Origin: Meyerozyma guilliermondii
Lineage: Eukaryota
Assembly: GCA_051546255.1 (NCBI GenBank)
Contig: CP128821.1
Location: 248,001-312,000 of the forward strand
DNA length: 64,000 nt
Reading direction: 5' to 3'
The position numbers and the translations under genes were made by a program. Below the pieces are notes generated by a model. The model had not been told where the DNA came from. It saw nothing but the letters and a program-made list of their open reading frames with translations, and did not search any database. Each line of letters starts with the position of its first letter. Position 1 is the first letter of the stretch. Shown here piece after piece: positions 9,678 to 19,394 of this stretch.

Positions 9678-11513
9678 TCAAAACATACTTTCGAGTTCGG
9701 CCAATCTTTCTGCCAACTCGTCAAATCTTCCAAGTATTGGTACGAACATTTCATGCACAGCTCTCGATTTTCGTTTTTCAGCCAGATCTGTAGTGGTTAT
9801 ATTGCTATTGTTGAAGGAATTGACACTGGTGAGTGGTGTAGTAGACACGTTTTCATCATTATCTCGGCGTCCAACCGAGTCCATTGACCCATGCTGGGCC
9901 ATATCGTCCTCATCGTCATCGAGTTTATCATAATAGCCATAGTCGTCAAAGTTGAGACATTCAATATCGGTGGTGACTTGGTTCAATCGATCTATTATAA
10001 CCGAACGACTAAGGGTAGCCAAGTTATCGTCCTCAAATCTTCCGTGATCTGCTCGAGGAGTGTCTGGTGAATACGAGCCAATTGAAGTTTGATCCACTGT
10101 GGCCTGCGGCTTGAAGAGACTAACAGGCGGCTCGTAAAGTACATTTTGATCAACTGATCGATGATCAATATTCTCTTTCGTGAATTCGGATTGTGGTTCA
10201 GGATACACTTCATTCTCCGAGACGAGATTCTGATTGCCGTTGGAGCTGCTACCCTTATCCTTGCGGCTCTTAGATACAACCAACGGCCCATCGGCAATGT
10301 CACTAAGAACCTCAGATCGCTTTTCGTCCTCTTGTGGAGGTTGATATTCGTACAATTCGTCCTTGGTTATTGTGGTAACATATGGCTCAGCAAACTCATG
10401 ATCTGTTTCTGCTTCATCTTCGTCAAGATTGAGCAAATCCAGAGACTGAAAAGTCACAGATTTGTTTCTGCGTCTGCTATTTCCCAGTCGAAGACTGCTG
10501 GCACGACCAATACTAGACATGCTTCCATTAGCCATGGAAGAGTCGAACAGATCCTGACTATTGATCGAAATGGGATTTGTTATATCCCCATCAGGAGGCG
10601 CCGAGCCAATTCTTGTATCACTGTCTTCCAAATGACGTCGTATTTCGCTGCTTATAGCCAAGTCTTCCTCGGTCAATGGGTCGGCGAACTTCTCTAATTC
10701 TTCGTTCTTGAAACAATTAAGTCTCGCCAAACGCTCGCCATAAGTCTCAAGACACTCAGCCGGAACAAATCCAACTTTTCCTTCATCTTCGTGGTCAGAC
10801 AACATTGATTCGGTCTCGCTGGGACAATCGGGATCTAGGACCCTGTTTCTCTTATTTCGAAGTATAACTCTTTCTTGTTTCGTTAGTTTCCGTATCAACC
10901 ACCAGTAGTCATCCAGGTCATTTAGCAAGTTCACCGGCTCGTCGCGCATCAATGTGCAATGCAGTGGATCCGGACCGGAGAAATCATATAGTCCATACAA
11001 CTTTTCGGGGTCAATGTCTTGTGGGGGAGAACGAGGGGGAGATGGAGGAAGAAGATCTGAGTCATCGCCATAACCATAATACTCCGTGTTGAATGTTGAA
11101 GACGGAGAATCTTCATCTTCTATATCTTCTGTCTCGGTGTCATCGTCCTCTGGCTCTTCATCGTTATTCATATCGTCATACTGATCGTAAAAGGTGGTAT
11201 CGTCCTCCGATGTCAAAACGTCCTCGAAGCTGGTGTCTGAGGCGAAACTCGATTCTGAAGCAAATGCAGAGTTTAAAAATGTCCCGGGAAGAAGCGGTTC
11301 TTTCTGCTTTTTACGCTTCCTGTGAGTCTCAACGAATAACGCATTGGGATCGAAGTCTTTATTGGCCTCGCTATTTTTTATCGACTGAAGCACTGTTGAT
11401 GACATTCCTTCACCTGGACTTATCAAGACCGATGCACTGGAATATTGTGACGGGTTGGACGAGGCAGTGGAAGATGATGAAAGCTTCCTGTGTATCTGGG
11501 GCGGCTCTAACAT
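9678..11513 (-). CDS. BUD14: SH3-domain polarity protein / PP1 (Glc7) regulator, Bud14/Tea4 family
   Basis: KLYGLYDF..DP(S)HC..DEPVNLLND..YWWL..GFVPAECLETYGERLARLNCFKNE SH3 signature; KSVTF RVxF motif at 10449-10463. Confidence 0.88.
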   Translation of the reverse strand: MLEPPQIHRKLSSSSTASSNPSQYSSASVLISPGEGMSSTVLQSIKNSEANKDFDPNALFVETHRKRKKQKEPLLPGTFLNSAFASESSFASDTSFEDVLTSEDDTTFYDQYDDMNNDEEPEDDDTETEDIEDEDSPSSTFNTEYYGYGDDSDLLPPSPPRSPPQDIDPEKLYGLYDFSGPDPLHCTLMRDEPVNLLNDLDDYWWLIRKLTKQERVILRNKRNRVLDPDCPSETESMLSDHEDEGKVGFVPAECLETYGERLARLNCFKNEELEKFADPLTEEDLAISSEIRRHLEDSDTRIGSAPPDGDITNPISINSQDLFDSSMANGSMSSIGRASSLRLGNSRRRNKSVTFQSLDLLNLDEDEAETDHEFAEPYVTTITKDELYEYQPPQEDEKRSEVLSDIADGPLVVSKSRKDKGSSSNGNQNLVSENEVYPEPQSEFTKENIDHRSVDQNVLYEPPVSLFKPQATVDQTSIGSYSPDTPRADHGRFEDDNLATLSRSVIIDRLNQVTTDIECLNFDDYGYYDKLDDDEDDMAQHGSMDSVGRRDNDENVSTTPLTSVNSFNNSNITTTDLAEKRKSRAVHEMFVPILGRFDELAERLAELESMF

Positions 11514-12214
11514 GGAAAAAGTGAAAAGCGGGGTAGTGTGTAGAAGTAGCGATAAAAGCCAGTGCCGATAAAGATATTGTTAGGGTGGCGAGGGAAATGT
11601 GCTGCTGTGTAACAGATGATTTGTGGATGAAGAACTGCTGATTAGTGAGTTGCACCGAGAATTTTTTCGCTTGTGATGCTAGTTAATGTAGGTGGATGTG
11701 CTGAAATGCAAGCCAAGATAGTCAGATTTTGCCAAAAAAAAAAAACAGACAGTGTCACCTGTACGGGATTATTAGTGACGGTACCGGTTCGTTTTCGGTT
11801 CAATACTCGAATAAACAAAATCCACCAAAAATCTTCGATGTGAAATTTGTCCAAAGAGATGACGAAACACTTTGTTAGATGTGCTTGCACAATATTAGAT
11901 GCTTATTGTTGGCTGAATACACCTTAGTGGATACAAGCTCAGTGTACAAGCGTGATTGTGGACAAATTATGTTTGAAAGACAGTTAAAAACAAACTTCAG
12001 TAGCTAAGTAGATCTTAAAAAAGTCGCGCGCCGTCACGGCGGAGAATTTGGCACCTGCAATTGGCATGTCGCGCCAAGTAGGTACAGCGGTAAAGACAAT
12101 CTAATTAAGTTTATGCAAAGTATGAAGATAAGCCCTATATATACAAACACCGGCTGGATCTATAACCCAATGCAATTTTTTAATGCAATGTCTTTTTCTG
12201 CTATTTTCATAGAA

Positions 12215-13303
12215 TTATTCCATGAGTAATTCTGCCTCTGTTTCAGCCTCTATTGCAGCGCCATGTTTGGCCCGGGCTTCGTATAATTTGATTTTTTTTC
12301 TGATACGCTTCAACTGCCAACGCACAGGAACAAAGGGTAAGAGTCCATGATGCTCTTCGTACAAGCGGATCTCAAGCCATGAAATGACCAATATCCAATA
12401 GGCACAATAAGCACCTACGCTGCCATAAGTTGCGGAATTGGTCCAGCCAACAAGAGCATTTAAAACCATCCACCAGCCATCTGTGAGTCCGTTACAGCAA
12501 TTGACATGCCACACGCTTGTAGCAGGATCATAAGATCCAGGTCCACTACCTGTTTCGCTAACGTCGAGTCCTCCACATTTTCTCACATACAGCTCGAGTT
12601 CCAAAAACCATACTCCTCTACTCATAAGCCCTGCCAGAACTATGTACAAAAAGCAGGTCAGCAAGATGAGGAAGTATTGGAGAGAAAGCTTGTTGCCTCC
12701 TTTGTACAAAGTGTAACCGATTGTGGATCCCACACAGATTCCACTGAGAATGGAAAATGGGATGGAAGAAACTGGCAGCGAAAGACCAATTCCACCCACG
12801 AATACCACGGCCTCCAAGCCTTCTCTGAGTGTGGTTATAAATGGTAATAATGCAAGAAAGTACTTCTTTTTATGGCCTCTACCGTGCGAATGCAGATCAA
12901 AGGCATCACCCAACTTAGCAAACCACTTAACTTTCATCACGCGGTTTATACGTAGCAATCCGATACCCATCACTGTGATTATTATACTCGAAAGAAGCGA
13001 GAAAATACCCTCCCAGAGTCTTTCAGCATACAGCCAGTAGTTCTCTCCAATGACATAAAATGCAACCACAAATGCCACTCCGATGGCAAAACACACAACA
13101 AATCCCATTAAGGCCCCGGCCCATACCTGGACCCGCAATCCTCGAGTATGAGCAGCTTCATTAGCAGAATTTCCTCGGTCATTTGCTTCTTGGCTTCTTT
13201 GATTGATGAACGAAAGAAGAACCGAAATCACTATAGCGGTCTCCAACGTTTCTCGGAGGATTATAAAGAAGATTTGAACCGAGAAGTAGTCTTCAAAGTT
13301 CAT
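12215..13303 (-). CDS. FTH1: FTR1-family iron permease, vacuolar Fth1 type
   Basis: Two RExLE motifs (RETLE, REGLE), N-terminus MNFEDYFSVQIFF, SETGSGPGSYD..SVWHVNCCN. Confidence 0.85.
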   Translation of the reverse strand: MNFEDYFSVQIFFIILRETLETAIVISVLLSFINQRSQEANDRGNSANEAAHTRGLRVQVWAGALMGFVVCFAIGVAFVVAFYVIGENYWLYAERLWEGIFSLLSSIIITVMGIGLLRINRVMKVKWFAKLGDAFDLHSHGRGHKKKYFLALLPFITTLREGLEAVVFVGGIGLSLPVSSIPFSILSGICVGSTIGYTLYKGGNKLSLQYFLILLTCFLYIVLAGLMSRGVWFLELELYVRKCGGLDVSETGSGPGSYDPATSVWHVNCCNGLTDGWWMVLNALVGWTNSATYGSVGAYCAYWILVISWLEIRLYEEHHGLLPFVPVRWQLKRIRKKIKLYEARAKHGAAIEAETEAELLME

Positions 13304-13537
13304 GATATTCTTTCAGATGACCGAACCACTTATAGATAGCCGAGATCACAATTTATATCGCCAAGAAGAGGTCTGCGCACCGGAGCACGCCCAGTACACC
13401 GTATTATACTAGAGGGGAGAAATCAGTACCATTGTATTAGTCTATTGAAACAATGCTCGGTCATGACTTAGCTGTAGAAGCCTCGTTGTTCTAGCACCAA
13501 AAAATTCCTAAAGAGATAGCCGCGTGAGACATTGTGT

Positions 13538-14125
13538 CTAGTTGGGAGGAAATTCTATCACTGCTCCTAAACAAGTAATAAACTCGTCATCGGCAGTAAA
13601 AGCCTTGGCAATCACCGTGTACTTTCCTGGAGGCACCTCCTCGGGAATGGCCACCTCTTTCTTGATAACTTGCTTACCCTTTTCAATAGGGCACTCCAAA
13701 TCAACCTTAGTAATTTCCTCACAAATGTCGAATCTTTGATGGATAAGACGAATGAACCCGTATCTGACATCCACGTCCACATAGGCCCCTTCTCCTACCT
13801 CTTTAGCCAAAACTCCCTTTGCCACAAACGTCAAATTCTGTCCCTTGACTGGAGGGTTGGGGTCAATGGAAACCAGTTCCAACGTCAAAAGTTGGGGTGA
13901 AGTTGCTTCACATTGAAAAAGCGGTGAGTCTCCGGGAATCGGCTTCTGCTCAGGGTTGTCTGGAAACATGTAGATGATTTCCGGTCCATTGCTTTCAGGC
14001 TTGAAATCCAACTCAAAGTAAGAAGAAACTCTCAGACTGTATTTTTCAATAGCCGGTAACAAGCTCAAGCCAAAAGCCGAGGACGAAAGGAGCGATGCAG
14101 CAAGTATATATTTCGTAGAAACCAT
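13538..14125 (-). CDS. NPC2: ML-domain sterol/phospholipid transfer protein
   Basis: Signal peptide from ATG 14125, PIPGDSP, PNPPVKGQNL, CPIEKG, IPEEVPPGKY. Confidence 0.9.
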   Translation of the reverse strand: MVSTKYILAASLLSSSAFGLSLLPAIEKYSLRVSSYFELDFKPESNGPEIIYMFPDNPEQKPIPGDSPLFQCEATSPQLLTLELVSIDPNPPVKGQNLTFVAKGVLAKEVGEGAYVDVDVRYGFIRLIHQRFDICEEITKVDLECPIEKGKQVIKKEVAIPEEVPPGKYTVIAKAFTADDEFITCLGAVIEFPPN

Positions 14126-14285
14126 TGTGTAATGTAGCGAATAGTAATTGAGATACACCAGCCCCTAAGAAGATAATTTCCCTGCACGCCAGTCACGAAT
14201 TCCTTATCGACAAGTCACGTGCAGCAACTGGTGAACGGCTGGGTGTGGCTGGGGTACGAGCCGGGGAGAATGTCAATTGCCTAAA

Positions 14286-17200
14286 CTAAGCAGAAATCAC
14301 CAAGTTTGCGGTCATGGTATCAAATCTTTCGCGCACAAGCTTGATTTGGATTTTGAGTAGCTCATTGTAAAGCGCTTCACCCCCGGGAGCTTTCATCAAT
14401 TCCGCAAGCTTCTTTTCTGTCAATCTCCAAGTGACTGTGTAATTGACTGTAGTGTAGGCCATGTCTCTGAACTGTGATCCTTTATGATAGAGGTCTCCGA
14501 AAGCGGTCAAGGGCAAGATCGAAGAGTGAAGTTCTCTATCGTCACTTTCAAATTTACATACCGATCTGATAAGTCCTGACTCCACTAAGAAAAACGATGG
14601 ACTATCTTTGGCAGTATCGTAGAAAGTTATATCTTCTGGTATGGTTTCCTTGACAAAATAGGATGCTAATAGGGACCAGAACTTTTCGTCCATATTCGAC
14701 AATCCCAGAAATGTGAGCATGAGCAACGGTAAAGGCTGCTTTTTGAACGTACTGTCTTGACTTCCAAAATACTTGTTTTGGATCTTTTGCTCATCGTTGA
14801 CCGTACGAGTTGCCGCTTGGTACACTTGGTTAGTCCTAGGAGTTCCATATGTCATTCCTACCGCCTGACCCATCAACAGCTTATTGATGCCCGTATTGGT
14901 TGGTGAGATGGACTTGTGCCTTTCGTATGTCAGCATTCCCAATGCTGGATTGATTGGTATTCTTTGTTCCTTCTTAACCAGCTTGTACATAGCCAAGAAT
15001 GAGTTTTCACACCATTCCAATGCATAGTTCAACGTATTGAACAATTGGATTGGCATGTCAGTTGGCTTTTCCCAAAGTCCAGCGTCTCGTAATGCCACAA
15101 CTATGCTATCGTTTTCCTCTACTGATGAAATCACCAATTGGGTCCCTTTTTCAGTAGTCAAATTTAAAATACGACGGAATCCTTCCGCAGCGGAAAAGTC
15201 AATCGACGCTACTCCTTTCATATCCAAAATCAAAAATTTGATAGGGGTTTCCTTGAAGCTTTCGCCTTCAAATCGCTTTCTGATCTCGCTTTCAACCCCA
15301 CCAATTGAACCAAAAAATACTGAACCTTCTAGTTTCACAACACAAATTTGGTCGCCGACGTCTTTCAAGAATTCTTGCTGTTTTGGGTGCCTCAACACAG
15401 TTGAACGGGCGACAACACCAGTGTATATCCCACGTATAACCGGTCTTTGAGCTGCCTCAACGACATACAAGAGACATGCAAGCAAAATACCAACCAAGAC
15501 TCCATATACAAAGTCCCAAACTCCCATTACCAAAACAATTATAGCAATTGTTGTGTACTCAATTCTTCGAAGTCTTCCCCAAGTATCGTACAATGCTTCC
15601 TTAAGTAGCTCGTATCCAAGTAAATAGATCAACGAGCCCACAACGCAGACAGGAATGTAACCAATTACCACTGGGCCAGCAACCATAACCGCCCCAGTTG
15701 CAATCGCAAGAAGAACACCTGCAACTCTATCATCAGCGCCTGCCCTTATGAATAAAACTGAGTTGGTGTACACCAAGTAGTTCTGTATCGAGCCTACCAA
15801 GCCCGAAATAGCATTGGAGTACCCATGAGCCACAAGCTCTCGATCGACATCGCATTGGTCCATGCCCACCGTAACTGCAAGAGCAGGTACGTTGATTGGT
15901 ACATGTAAGATTCCAAAGAAGGTAAGGGCAAGCATGGAAGGAAACTGCTTCGAGATAGCCCACCAATCCACCAACTGAAATTTGTAAAGTTCGTAGAATG
16001 CATACCAAGGCTGGTTATCCTCTACTGCGGGAAATACCCATCCTGAATCCCGCACCATCTTCAAGTTGTATTTTGGGATAAATTTGACGATCAAGTGGAA
16101 AATAGCAAACACACAAATGAAAAACAATGGAACAAGTAATGAGTTGTGGAATCGATGCTGCAAGATGATAAGAAAGATGGCCAATGCAAGTGGTATAGTC
16201 CATTGAAGAAGAGTTACATGATTGGAAAAGAGGTACTTCAAAGCTGGCACAGTGAATTCCATGCCACCTTCCAACCTCGAAGAGACTTCTATTCCTGTCA
16301 TGATCAAGAAAAAACCGACACCTCCAATGCAGCCCACAAGAATATGCCTAGGAAAGAATCCAACTAGTTTTCCTAGTTTGAGTTTTCCCAACGAGAAAAA
16401 AACGATGCCAGTCACGATCGACAGCATTGCAAATGCAACAATGGTGGTCGCAATGACTGCGTTGTCTGGAGCGCCCTTCATTTCGTTCATGATAGAGTAT
16501 GCCATTGTGTGGAAGAAAGGTGTAACTTCGATCATCTCTGAGCCTATTCCAGACTTGAATGCTGAACCGCCTAGAGAGTAGACGAGTTGCGAAACGATAC
16601 AAGAAACGTAAAACATCGACAATCCAACCGGTCCCAATGACGAGAAAAGAGTTTCACTCACAGGAAACATAATCATGCCATATGATAACCCATCCAAAAT
16701 GTTCAAAAGAGTCCCCAAAAACACTGCTGGAAGGTAATTGAGAGGCTTGAGGACGATCTGATGCAATCTACTGGGTTGTGGGTCGTCTTTAATGTCATCA
16801 TAATCAGTGAAAATTTCAGATTGAGGTTCGTCGGTATACCTGCGGTAGGATTTGGATATCAATGGAGTCACACTTGCTGAGCTACTTGCTCGTGTGTTGG
16901 ATCTTGTTCTTGTTGTGGCAAAGCTTCCCTCTATAGGAATTGGTGGGGAGGTGCCCAAATACCCTGAGTCACCATCTATATTTGAGTTCAGATCGTAATT
17001 TGCAGAGTCGTCTTCTTCGGTTCCATTGTCATCTTCGGTGACTCCTATGTTCGCCAAATTGGCTGTTTGCTCGTGGACTTGAACTCCGGATTTGACCGTG
17101 GGTGAGTTTATGGTGTTGGAGTTTTGACGATGGCTCGATGATATTCCGCCAGAAAATACATAGCTTCTGCCTCCAAAGTCAAACGGGCTGGGACTCATGG

Positions 17201-17318
17201 AAAACGAGTTTGTGAGAGCCTCGGAAACCGAGTATTTACGACCTCTTTGAATGGCATTGGGCGACTCTGACAAATTCGGCGCCTCGATGGGAGGAGGTAA
17301 ATTGGTCTCGTAGCTCAT
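14286..17318 (-). CDS. VSB1: SulP/SLC26 transporter with STAS and cNMP-like domains (Vsb1/YGR125W type)
   Basis: LPAVFLGTLLNILDGLSYG, GSEMIEVTPFFH, FFGILHVPINVPAL, STAS (IDFSAAEGF), LNYALEWCEN. Confidence 0.88.
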   Translation of the reverse strand: MSYETNLPPPIEAPNLSESPNAIQRGRKYSVSEALTNSFSMSPSPFDFGGRSYVFSGGISSSHRQNSNTINSPTVKSGVQVHEQTANLANIGVTEDDNGTEEDDSANYDLNSNIDGDSGYLGTSPPIPIEGSFATTRTRSNTRASSSASVTPLISKSYRRYTDEPQSEIFTDYDDIKDDPQPSRLHQIVLKPLNYLPAVFLGTLLNILDGLSYGMIMFPVSETLFSSLGPVGLSMFYVSCIVSQLVYSLGGSAFKSGIGSEMIEVTPFFHTMAYSIMNEMKGAPDNAVIATTIVAFAMLSIVTGIVFFSLGKLKLGKLVGFFPRHILVGCIGGVGFFLIMTGIEVSSRLEGGMEFTVPALKYLFSNHVTLLQWTIPLALAIFLIILQHRFHNSLLVPLFFICVFAIFHLIVKFIPKYNLKMVRDSGWVFPAVEDNQPWYAFYELYKFQLVDWWAISKQFPSMLALTFFGILHVPINVPALAVTVGMDQCDVDRELVAHGYSNAISGLVGSIQNYLVYTNSVLFIRAGADDRVAGVLLAIATGAVMVAGPVVIGYIPVCVVGSLIYLLGYELLKEALYDTWGRLRRIEYTTIAIIVLVMGVWDFVYGVLVGILLACLLYVVEAAQRPVIRGIYTGVVARSTVLRHPKQQEFLKDVGDQICVVKLEGSVFFGSIGGVESEIRKRFEGESFKETPIKFLILDMKGVASIDFSAAEGFRRILNLTTEKGTQLVISSVEENDSIVVALRDAGLWEKPTDMPIQLFNTLNYALEWCENSFLAMYKLVKKEQRIPINPALGMLTYERHKSISPTNTGINKLLMGQAVGMTYGTPRTNQVYQAATRTVNDEQKIQNKYFGSQDSTFKKQPLPLLMLTFLGLSNMDEKFWSLLASYFVKETIPEDITFYDTAKDSPSFFLVESGLIRSVCKFESDDRELHSSILPLTAFGDLYHKGSQFRDMAYTTVNYTVTWRLTEKKLAELMKAPGGEALYNELLKIQIKLVRERFDTMTANLVISA

Positions 17319-18364
17319 AATAGAGAGGCGAGATTCTAGCTACTTGCTGACAACACGAAACAATAGGATGCTAGGTTCAAATATCGCACTTAGACGATCT
17401 GGTGATGAAACGTGCAGTTGTGCACAGAATTTTCGTCGCACGAAAGAAAACCTTGCGATAAGCGCGATAACGAGGAGTGGCATTCTGTAGCGTGGCACTA
17501 TGCAGTCGTCAGCCACATCGCTGCGACTTGTAAAGATTGGGCAAGAGGATTTAGAAAGCATGCCTCGGCATGAGCCTTTTAAATTAGCTCCAATTGCAGC
17601 ATCATGTGCGCCCTTTGGCGCCGTGCCTGCATTTTCATTTCTATATATAAAATTAATAATCGTGAATTTCCACGATTTTGAAATTTTGCAACTTTTAAGT
17701 AATTTGAAAATGTAGTGCCAAAAAACATTGAATTAATCACTCTTATGGTGAAAGTATCCCCTACTTCTAAAACTTTTCATTTTTACTTTGGCGCACTGCA
17801 TTGACTGCAAAACGCTCGTAATAAATTGTCGCAGAAGTTACGGGAATCCTGCATTAGATTACGGTGATATAGAAACTGATCAAGAACAATAATATCTATC
17901 TAAGGATAGGAACATATTTACTGAAGACAAAACAAACACATAGAAAACTTTACAAAGAAAATCTCAACTTGATTTGAGTTATTTAAATAGTATAACTCTC
18001 ATACTCATCGTCCTCTAACTTCCTCATTGTGGGGCATAACTACTGCGCGCAGATTACATCATATCGAAACTCATCGCGGAAACCACTTGTTGAATGTTTA
18101 CATCACAGTCGACGTTTTCCCCCAGAGTGTACAAGAAGCCTATTTAGAGACCGCTCCGTACTACAAGCGATTATATCTGGCACCAAAATCTCCGTTTGTT
18201 GCCTCCAAGCCAGTTTTACTTCACCATAACAAACTGGGCAATTCTTGATTTGACCATTTTTCTGGTCCCAAAGGGCACAGCTTGAAAATTTCGCTGCTAA
18301 AAAGCACCGCTGCAATACCACTAAAACTGATAACTCTGTTTCACTTCTCCACAAAAATCAAGTC

Positions 18365-19339
18365 ATGTCATCGACTTTTTTCGGGGATAGAAGTAACCCC
18401 ATGAGTCCCGAAATCTTACCAAGCACCACTCCAAGTCCTCGCATAATCAAGCCACCGTTACATGGTCAGATTCCCAAACAGAGATCCTCTTCTGTGAACT
18501 CCACAGGCTCCAATCATCAATCTGTTGTAAGTCTAGACTCTCCCAGAAACTCCATCATTTCCCTTGACGACGTACGTCCCCTAACACGAAATAACAGCAC
18601 CACCAGCTTAACCTCCATCACCAATACTAGCAAGGAACCCACGGTTTTGTCACGAGGAAAATTCAAGTTCAAGGGCCATTTTAGTACCAGTGCGGTATTC
18701 TCAGATGAAGACTCAGAAATAGACAAACCCACCACCTTGCCGGCTCATGGGCCGCAGCTACTAGCAAAGAAAATAAGACGCCGAAAGGACAGTTTTGAGT
18801 CTCGTTCCGATCCTATAAAACGTGATTTCCAGTTTCAGTTCTCCAACCCTCCCATCCAAAATGTCACCAAATCGCCGATACCTCCAAAAGCCGAAGTAAA
18901 ACATGAAGACAACACACCTTCTCCCCTTTCGCTTCTTTCGAATGACTCACTGACGCCGTCCAAAAAGGTTAAAAGCTCCAAGACTAATATATCACAGTCG
19001 CTTCTTTTGAAGAAAAAGATATACTCGAAAGACATTCAACTCGAACTCATTCCATCTCCAACACAAATTATCAACAAGGAGGCAAAACGGTTTGCGGATA
19101 AGAAATCAGCATTGAGAGATTCTTTCTCTGATGCCCCAATCCTTTCTACTTTGAATCACCAAAATCAACTCATTTCTGAGATGAACAGAAAATGGAACAA
19201 AAGTCTTGAAGCTCCGAAGCGCACAAAATATAAACTGACGAGCCCAGTATCGTCTGATCCTCGAGAGTCTCGAAAACGTCCACGCGCATACTCATTTGGT
19301 GATGAAGGTGATGATGAGGAATCCTTTAATGAATTGTAA
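18365..19339 (+). CDS. Hypothetical Ser/Pro/Lys-rich, probably disordered protein
   Basis: 324-aa ATG-started ORF filling an otherwise empty gap; many SP/TP sites; no domain recognised. Confidence 0.75.
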   Translation: MSSTFFGDRSNPMSPEILPSTTPSPRIIKPPLHGQIPKQRSSSVNSTGSNHQSVVSLDSPRNSIISLDDVRPLTRNNSTTSLTSITNTSKEPTVLSRGKFKFKGHFSTSAVFSDEDSEIDKPTTLPAHGPQLLAKKIRRRKDSFESRSDPIKRDFQFQFSNPPIQNVTKSPIPPKAEVKHEDNTPSPLSLLSNDSLTPSKKVKSSKTNISQSLLLKKKIYSKDIQLELIPSPTQIINKEAKRFADKKSALRDSFSDAPILSTLNHQNQLISEMNRKWNKSLEAPKRTKYKLTSPVSSDPRESRKRPRAYSFGDEGDDEESFNEL

Positions 19340-19394
19340 CTATATAGCTATGCAATACCAGCAATATTTATGCAAATTATTTATTCTACCGCCT

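Noticed and set aside
17340..18354. Short ORFs and a TATA-like tract (17642) in the VSB1-ORF324 intergenic region
   Set aside because: No recognisable motifs, several starts are non-ATG, and there is no clear snoRNA box arrangement.
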